From Candidatus Latescibacterota bacterium (lineage in GTDB: Bacteria > Latescibacterota > UBA2968): a stretch of 64,000 nucleotides of DNA. The notes under the pieces were generated by a model that was given only the letters and a program-made list of their open reading frames with translations, had not been told where the DNA came from and made no database searches. Positions 61,201 through 64,000 of the stretch are shown piece by piece (within the stretch, counting starts at the first letter, position 1; each line of letters opens with the position of its first letter). Where the stretch lies: NCBI GenBank assembly GCA_965207885.1, contig OZ242311.1:64001-128000 (forward strand). Direction: 5' to 3'. The position numbers and the translations under genes were made by a program.

Positions 61201-64000
61201 TGCTCTTGGCAGTGTTGCATCCGTGAAGTGGAACACCGCCAATGATGCCAGTGGCACAGACCCGGCAGAGGCCAATGACTACACAGCACAGACGAGCAAG
61301 CAGACATTGAGCTTTGGTGCGAATGATGCGATTAAGACCTTCACGGTTGCCACGACGAATGATGCTGTAGATGAAGGTGATGAGACCTTCCTTGTCCAAC
61401 TGAGTGAGGCCACTGGTGCAACCATCTCCGATGCAGAGGCCGTGGGAACCATTACGGATAATGATACAAAAGGAGTGACGGTAGCTCCTACGAGTCTGAC
61501 CGTGACAGAAGCAGCAGGCACCACACGCACGGCGACTTATACAGTGGTGCTGACCTCACAGCCGACGGGCAGTGTGACAGTAGAAGTCGCCAGCGATGAC
61601 ACAGATATAGCGACGGTGGATGAGTCCCGTTTGACCTTTTCGACAAGTACCTGGAGCACGGCGCAGACAGTGACCGTGACAGGTGTAGATAATCAGCTTG
61701 ATGATGGAGCCAGTCGCAGTGCGACGATTGAACACGCGGTCAGTGGAGCGGACTATGCAGGTGTAGATGCTTCAGATGTAGATGTGACTGTAACCGATGA
61801 CGATGCAGAACCTTCCTTTACGATAATTGAACCCATGCCAGTGGTCTCGATATTCCCTACAAGCCAGATAGAATCTGTGGGTACGATTGTGTTCTCAGTG
61901 CAATTGAGTAGAACGAGCCAGCAGATAATAAAAATGTTTTGCATGAGTGTAGATGAGACAGCAGTAGCTGGCGAGGACTACGAGGCAGAGATAGACACGC
62001 TGAAGATCTCTCCAAACACGATGTCTGAAGAGATTGAGATGCGACTGTTTGACGACGATGAAGTGGAGGGGGATGAGACCTTCAAGATGGTGCTGAGCGA
62101 TTTGGCGAATGCCCAGTTTGCAGGGAATGCACAGAAAATTTCTACACAGGCAACGATAATAGATGACGATGAGCCTGATGTGATGGTTTCGTTTTACCAG
62201 TCGCATTATACTATCTCAGAAGGTGGCAAGGCAGTGCAAATACGTGTGGAGATATCTTCTGGCCTTGAAGATCGCGTGGAACTTCCGTTGTCGGTAGTAC
62301 ATCGCAATGGTGCGACAAAAGCGGACTATTCGGGCGTACCTGAAAAAATTGTCTTTGAGACATGGGATGATTTCAAGACATTTGAGGTTATGGCAATTGA
62401 TGATGACGATGACGATGACGATGAGGCCGTGATACTGGACTTTGACACGCCGCTACCAGATGGAATATCTACAGGCGGTTCCACTACCATAGAGATTATC
62501 GACAATGACGACCCCCTTGTGACTGTTTTTTATGGAAAAGAAAACTATGAAATCGTCGAAGGTGGCACCAAAAAGTTACTGAGTGTACATTTGAGTGCAG
62601 CCCCTCTGCGCCGCGTAGAAATACCTCTGTTGGCGGTACCTGCCAATGGTGCGACACAGGCAGACTATTCACCTATACCTGAGCGCATCATTTTTATGCC
62701 TAACCAGATCGAAAGAACGTTTGTGGTCAGTGCGATTGATGATGATGACGACGATGATGGTGAGACCGTGAGTCTGGGCTTTGGTCCACTACCAGATCGG
62801 GTGAATGAGGGCAGTTTATCTACTTTACATATCATCGATAATGACAATCCTGAGGTGACGGTCTCTTATGGGCAAGAAAATTATGAGATCATCGAAGGTG
62901 GCAACGCGGTGCAAGTAACCGTACATCTGAGTGCCGACCCCGAACGACGTGTGGTAATTCCGCTGTGGATGTCGCTTTCGTCCGTCAGTGGTGCGACAGA
63001 ATCAGACTATACAGGCGTGCCTGAACAGATTGTCTTTGAAAGTGGCGAGACGGTCAAAACATTTACAGTCAGAGCAAAAGATGACGATGAAATTGAAGAC
63101 GACGAGCGCGTGAGAATGCGCTTTAGATCACTGCCGGATGGAGTAAATGCTGGCAGTTTATCTACTTTACATATCATCGATAATGACAATCCTGTTGTGA
63201 CTGTTTCGTTTGATCAGTCACATTACACGGCAACAGAGGGTGAGGATGCGGTGACAATCACAGTATCCCTGAGTACAGACCCGAAGCGCCGTGTAGAGAT
63301 TCCACTATTGGTAACACCTGAAAATGGCGCAACACAGGCAGACTATACAGGTGTACCTGAGCAGATTGTCTTTGAAAGTGGCGAGACGGTCAAAACATTT
63401 GCTCTGCTTGCAACGGACGATAATGTAGATGATGACGGTGAGACAATAACCCTCAGATTTGGCACATTGCCGGATGGGGTGAACAACGGTGGATCGACAT
63501 CTGTGGCTCTTGTCGATAACGATGACCCTGTTGTGACTGTTTCGTTTGACCAGTCGCATTACACGGCAACAGAGGGTGAGGATGCGGTGACAATCACAGT
63601 ATCCCTGAGTGCAGACCCGAAGCGCCGTGTAGAGATTCCACTATTGGTAACACCTGAAAATGGCGCAACACAGGCAGACTATACAGGTGTACCTGAGCAG
63701 ATTGTCTTTGAAAGTGGCGAGACGGTCAAAACATTTGCTCTGCTTGCAACGGACGATAATGTAGATGATGACGGTGAGACAATAACCCTCAGATTTGGCA
63801 CATTGCCGGATGGGGTGAACAACGGTGGATCGACATCTGTGGCTCTTGTCGATAACGATGACCCTGTTGTGACTGTTTCGTTTGACCAGTCGCATTACAC
63901 GGCAACAGAGGGTGAGGATGCGGTGACAATCACAGTATCCCTGAGTGCAGACCCGAAGCGCCGTGTAGAGATTCCACTATTGGTAACACCTGAAAATGGC
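46268..64000 (+). CDS. Giant Calx-beta/Ig-like repeat surface protein (adhesin); partial, at least 5,911 codons
   Basis: The frame opens after TAA at 46259. ATG 46268, hydrophobic ILSFFVFLIFIAFGSIPAKA|Q, then SFSIADV.V.EG...DY...TL.F...DE..ETF.V.LS...A.GTITDDD domains. The same frame is coding at 63962-64000, and the ORF track lists no closed ORF in this frame. Confidence 0.92.
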   Translation, partial: MFTPPPIIRSNWEKHRPPKPDKQTCFAQGECPKSVVGTTRTASREANGCKIILSFFVFLIFIAFGSIPAKAQSFSIADVNVAEGSVATFTVTRSGATGTTVSVKWNTANDADGDDPAEANDYTAQTTKQTLNFAIGDASKTFTVATTDDAVDENNETFLVLLSEASGATISDAEAVGTITDDDHAGMMVNDSATFVGESLSRPHTVWLTSEPTDDVTVTVTVDDENFLTASPEMLTFTTQNWNTAQTVTITPVDDDVFRGFPWKSFTYTAAGGGYDDFTHTVRVQIWDNDLWEWRTYPEASIQNESFRLGPASFETSLIYTLESRNENLATVSPSSFTVTHNENPPPDFSGDYPQEFTVTILDNDLVGDQTVELLGTFIRPSPTHPPNYRVFPPLLITITDNDRGVSLSANPNPVPEGSSVTVTATLTRALADTVGTIPVTIPVTLTAGTAESGDFGSLANINITIARAQASGTGTISITNDAIDEINETFSVGLGTLPSQFQPGSPNSVEVTITDDDTKGVTVAPTSLTVTEAAGTTHTATYTVVLTSQPTGNVTVEVESDDTDAATVDESTLTFSTSDWSTAQTVTVTGVDNNVDDGTSRSATVEHTVSGADYAGEDASDVDVTVTDDDAAPSFSIADVSVTEGSAATFTVTRSGATGTTVSVKWNTANDADGDDPAEANDYTAVSTKQTLSFGVGVTSLTFNVQTTNDSVDEGDETFLVQLSEASAGTSITDDEAVGTITDNDTKGVTVDPTSLTVTEAAGSTRTATYTVVLTSQPTGNVTVEVASDDTDAATVDKSRLTFSTSTWSTAQTVTVTGVDNQLDDGTSRSATVEHTVSGADYAGVDASDVDVTVTDDDAAPSFSIADVSVTEGSAATFTVIRSGATGTTVSVKWNTANDASGTDPAEANDYTAVSTKQTLNFAIGDASKTFNVQTTNDSVDEDDETFLVQLSEATGATISTATATGTITDNDTKGVTVAPTSLTVTEAAGSTRTATYTVVLTSQPTGNVTVEVESDDTDAATVDESTLTFSTSDWSTAQTVTVTGVDNNVDDGTSRSATVEHTVSGADYAGEDAPDVDVTVTDDDAAPSFSIADVSVTEGSTATFTVIRSGATGTTVSVKWNTANDATGDDPAEANDYTAQTTKQTLSFGVGITSLTFSVQTTNDSVDEDDETFLVQLSEASAGTSITDDEAVGTITDNDTKGVTVAPTSLTVTEAAGTTRTATYTVVLTSQPTGNVTVEVASDDTDAATVDKSRLTFSTSTWSTAQTVTVTGVDNQLDDGTSRSATVEHTVSGADYAGEDASDVDVTVTDDDAAPTFSIADVSVTEGSVATFTVTRSGATGTTVSVKWNTANDADGDDPAESNDYTAQTTKQTLSFGVGITSLTFSVQTTNDSVDEDDETFLVQLSEASAGTSITDDEAVGTITDNDTKGVTVAPTSLTVTEAAGSTRTATYTVVLTSQPTGNVTVEVASDDTDAATVDKSRLTFSTSTWSTAQTVTVTGVDNNVDDGASRSATIENEVSGADYASVEASDVDVTVTDDDAAPTFSIADVSVTEGSAATFTVTRSGATGTTVSVKWNTANDASGTDPAEANDYTAQTTKQTLNFAIGDASKTFTVATTNDAVDEGDETFLVQLSEATGATITDAEAVGTITDNDTKGVTVDPTSVTVTEAAGSTRTATYTVVLTSQPTGNVTVEVASDDTDAATVDKSRLTFSTSTWSTAQTVTVTGVDNQLDDGTSRSATVEHTVSGADYAGVDASDVDVTVTDDDAAPSFSIADVSVTEGSAATFTVIRSGATGTTVSVKWNTANDADGDDPAEANDYTAVSTKQTLSFGVGVTSLTFSVQTTNDAVDEGDETFLVQLSEATGATISTATATGTITDNDTKGVTVAPTSVTVTEAAGSTRTATYTVVLTSQPTGNVTVEVASDDTDAATVDESRLTFSTSTWSTAQTVTVTGVDNQLDDGTSRSATVEHTVSGADYAGVDASDVDVTVTDDDAAPTFSIADVSVTEGSAATFTVTRSGATGTTVSVKWNTANDATGDDPAEANDYTAQTTKQTLSFGVGITSLTFSVQTTNDSVDEDDETFLVQLSEASTGTSITDDEAVGTITDNDTKGVTVAPTSLTVTEAAGTTRTATYTVVLTSQPTGNVTVEVASDDTDAATVDKSRLTFSTSTWSTAQTVTVTGVDNNVDDGASRSATVEHTVSGADYAGVDASDVDVTVTDDDAEPTFSIADVSVTEGSAATFTVIRSGATGTTVSVKWNTANDGDGDDPAEANDYTAVSTKQTLSFGVGVTSQTFNVQTTNDAVDEDDETFLVQLSEATGATISTATATGTITDNDTKGVTVDPTSLTVTEAAGSTRTATYTVVLTSQPTGNVTVEVASDDTDAATVDESRLTFSTSTWSTAQTVTVTGVDNQLDDGTSRSATVEHTVSGADYAGVDASDVDVTVTDDDAAPTFSIADVSVTEGSAATFTVIRSGATGTAVSVKWNTANDGDGDDPAEANDYTAQTTKQTLSFGANDAIKTFTVATTNDAVDEDDETFLVQLSEASAGTSITDDEAVGTITDNDTKGVTVAPTSLTVTEAAGNTRTATYTVVLTSQPTGNVTVEVESDDTDAATVDESTLIFSTSDWSTAQTVTVTGVDNQLDDGASRSATIEHMVSGADYAGEDASDVDVTVTDDDTAPAFSIGDVSVTEGSVATFTVTRSGALGSVASVKWNTADDASGTDPAEANDYTAQTSKQTLNFGANDAIKTFTVATTNDAVDEGDETFLVELSEATGATISDAEAVGTITDNDTKGVTVTPTSVTVTEAAGTTRTATYTVVLTSQPTGNVTVEVESDDTDAATVDESRLTFSTSTWSTAQTVTVTGVDNNVDDGTSRSATVEHTVSGADYASVQASDVDVTVTDDDAAPTFSIADVSVTEGSAATFTVTRSGATGTTVSVKWNTANDADGDDPAEANDYTAVSTKQTLSFGVGVTSLTFNVQTTNDSVDEGDETFLVQLSEATGATISTATATGTITDNDTKGVTVAPTSLTVTEAAGSTRTATYTVVLTSQPTGNVTVEVASDDTDAATVDKSRLIFSTSTWNTAQTVTVTGVDNQLDDGASRSATVEHTVSGADYAGVDASDVDVTVTDDDAAPTFSIADVSVTEGSAATFTVTRSGATGTAVSVKWNTANDATGDDPAEANDYTAQTTKQTLSFGVGITSLTFNVQTTNDSVDEDDETFLVELSEATGATISTATATGTITDNDTKGVTVDPTSLTVTEAAGSTRTATYTVVLTSQPTGNVTVEVASDDTDAATVDKSRLTFSTSTWSTAQTVTVTGVDNQLDDGTSRSATVEHTVSGADYAGEDASDVDVTVTDDDAAPTFSIADVSVTEGSAATFTVTRSGATGTAVSVKWNTADDASGTDPAESNDYTAQTSKQTLNFAIGDASKTFTVATTNDAVDEGDETFLVQLSEATGATISDAEAVGTITDNDTKGVTVAPTSLTVTEAAGSTRTATYTVVLTSQPTGNVTVEVESDDTDIATVDESTLTFSTSTWSTAQTVTVTGVDNNVDDGTSRSATVEHTVSGADYAGEDASDVDVTVTDDDAAPTFSIADVSVTEGSAATFTVTRSGATGTTVSVKWNTANDASGTDPAEANDYTAQTTKQTLNFAIGDASKTFTVATTNDAVDEGDETFLVQLSEATGATISTATATGTITDNDTKGVTVEPTSVTVTEAAGSTRTATYTVVLTSQPTGNVTVEVASDDTDAATVDKSRLTFSTSTWSTAQTVTVTGVDNQFDDGTSRSATVEHTVSGADYAGIDASDVDVTVTDDDAAPTFSIADVSVTEGSAATFTVTRSGATGTTVSVKWNTANDATGDDPAEANDYTAQTTKQTLSFGANDAIKTFTVATTNDAVDEDDETFLVQLSEASAGTSITDAEAVGTITDNDTKGVTVDPTSLTVTEAAGTTRTATYTVVLTSQPTGNVTVEVASDDTDAATVDKSRLTFSTSNWSTAQTVTVTGVDNQLDDGASRSATIEHEVSGADYAGVEASDVDVTVTDDDTAPAFSIGDVSVTEGSAATFTVTRNGATGTAVSVKWNTANDASGTDPAESNDYTAQTTKQTLSFGVGITSLTFSVQTTNDSVDEDDETFLVELSEASAGTSITDDEAVGTITDDDTKGVTVAPTSLTVTEAAGSTRTATYTVVLTSQPTGNVTVEVASDDTDAATVDKSRLTFSTSNWSTAQTVTVTGVDNQLDDGTSRSATIENEVSGADYASVEASDVDVTVTDDDTAPAFSIGDVSVTEGSVATFTVTRSGALGSVASVKWNTADDASGTDPAEANDYTAQTSKQTLNFGANDAIKTFTVATTNDAVDEGDETFLVQLSEATGATISDAEAVGTITDNDTKGVTVAPTSLTVTEAAGTTRTATYTVVLTSQPTGSVTVEVASDDTDAATVDESRLTFSTSTWSTAQTVTVTGVDNNVDDGASRSATIEHTVSGADYASVDASDVDVTVTDDDAAPSFSIADVSVTEGSAATFTVTRSGATGTTVSVKWNTANDASGTDPAEANDYTAVSTKQTLSFGVGVTSQTFNVQTTNDAVDEGDETFLVQLSEASGATITDAEAVGTITDDDTKGVTVDPTSLTVTEAAGTTRTATYTVVLTSQPTGSVTVAVESDDTDAATVDESTLTFSTSTWSTAQTVTVTGVDNQLDDGTSRSATIDHEVSGADYASVEASDVDVTVTDDDTAPAFSIGDVSVTEGSVATFTVTRSGALGSVASVKWNTANDASGTDPAEANDYTAQTSKQTLSFGANDAIKTFTVATTNDAVDEGDETFLVQLSEASTGTSITDAEAVGTITDDDTKGVTVDPTSLTVTEAAGTTRTATYTVVLTSQPTGSVTVEVESDDTDAATVDESRLTFSTSTWSTAQTVTVTGVDNQLDDGTSRSATIDHEVSGADYASVEASDVDVTVTDDDTAPAFSIGDVSVTEGSVATFTVTRSGALGSVASVKWNTANDASGTDPAEANDYTAQTSKQTLSFGANDAIKTFTVATTNDAVDEGDETFLVQLSEATGATISDAEAVGTITDNDTKGVTVAPTSLTVTEAAGTTRTATYTVVLTSQPTGSVTVEVASDDTDIATVDESRLTFSTSTWSTAQTVTVTGVDNQLDDGASRSATIEHAVSGADYAGVDASDVDVTVTDDDAEPSFTIIEPMPVVSIFPTSQIESVGTIVFSVQLSRTSQQIIKMFCMSVDETAVAGEDYEAEIDTLKISPNTMSEEIEMRLFDDDEVEGDETFKMVLSDLANAQFAGNAQKISTQATIIDDDEPDVMVSFYQSHYTISEGGKAVQIRVEISSGLEDRVELPLSVVHRNGATKADYSGVPEKIVFETWDDFKTFEVMAIDDDDDDDDEAVILDFDTPLPDGISTGGSTTIEIIDNDDPLVTVFYGKENYEIVEGGTKKLLSVHLSAAPLRRVEIPLLAVPANGATQADYSPIPERIIFMPNQIERTFVVSAIDDDDDDDGETVSLGFGPLPDRVNEGSLSTLHIIDNDNPEVTVSYGQENYEIIEGGNAVQVTVHLSADPERRVVIPLWMSLSSVSGATESDYTGVPEQIVFESGETVKTFTVRAKDDDEIEDDERVRMRFRSLPDGVNAGSLSTLHIIDNDNPVVTVSFDQSHYTATEGEDAVTITVSLSTDPKRRVEIPLLVTPENGATQADYTGVPEQIVFESGETVKTFALLATDDNVDDDGETITLRFGTLPDGVNNGGSTSVALVDNDDPVVTVSFDQSHYTATEGEDAVTITVSLSADPKRRVEIPLLVTPENGATQADYTGVPEQIVFESGETVKTFALLATDDNVDDDGETITLRFGTLPDGVNNGGSTSVALVDNDDPVVTVSFDQSHYTATEGEDAVTITVSLSADPKRRVEIPLLVTPENG
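46275..46285 (+). repeat. C11 homopolymer tract
   Basis: ttta-ccccccccccc-ataa, in codons 3-6 of the giant ORF. Confidence 0.9.
47810..61810 (+). repeat. About 20.5 tandem 681/684-bp intragenic repeats (two domains per unit)
   Basis: Antisense MASAGS ORF ends recur at 48312, 48996, 49677 ... 60591 and 61275 with 681 or 684 bp spacing. Confidence 0.95.
62160..64000 (+). repeat. Second Calx-beta repeat family (~336-342 bp), the last copies near-identical
   Basis: DNDDPVVTVSF units; antisense ORFs 63305-63559 and 63641-63895 are identical with a 336-bp offset. Confidence 0.9.

Noticed and set aside
47810-61810. CRISPR array or diversity-generating retroelement as an explanation for the repeats
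   Set aside because: The units are 681/684-bp coding repeats without unique spacers, the differences are not adenine-specific, and no cas or reverse transcriptase gene is in the window.
46348-63895. Dozens of short repeated minus-strand ORFs (MASAGS..., MRVLPAAS..., MCSTVAL...)
   Set aside because: They are antisense shadows of the single plus-strand repeat gene; their periodicity equals its repeat length.

Overview
Bacterial DNA of moderate GC content. The WD40/dockerin-like, PhyH and giant Calx-beta genes suggest a sponge-symbiont-type lineage such as Latescibacterota or Poribacteria; this is inference only. From left to right: a porin and urtA; a uronate/pectin catabolic cluster (PL10, AKR, YiaK/DlgD, PhyH, two NAD-dependent dehydrogenases, PL22-like lyase, enolase-superfamily dehydratase) split by two insertions; an rpoE/anti-sigma/pseudo-HtrA operon; acs; an 11-kb accessory island; a bioA-bioD operon; and a giant gene. 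The first insertion is a defence-like island: orphan HigA, a HEPN-like ORF, and a four-gene operon of N6-adenine methyltransferase, MORC/GHKL-histidine kinase fusion, receiver protein and unknown effector. The second is a 2.5-kb cassette carrying a TnpB-only IS200/IS605 element and vapBC, bounded by and containing copies of the 3' tails of three neighbouring genes. The 11-kb island holds Rpn with an intragenic restart, RES, a WD40-metallopeptidase, an XRE-DUF4258-cyclase-like operon and higBA, and is punctuated by three copies of a 3'-UTR repeat. The giant gene is a single ORF of at least 17.7 kb (at least 5,911 codons, running off the window, absent from the ORF track) encoding a Calx-beta adhesin with about 20.5 mosaic 681/684-bp repeats and a C11 tract just after the start codon. 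The best candidates for new biology are the gene-tail-duplicating cassettes and the methyltransferase/two-component operon.
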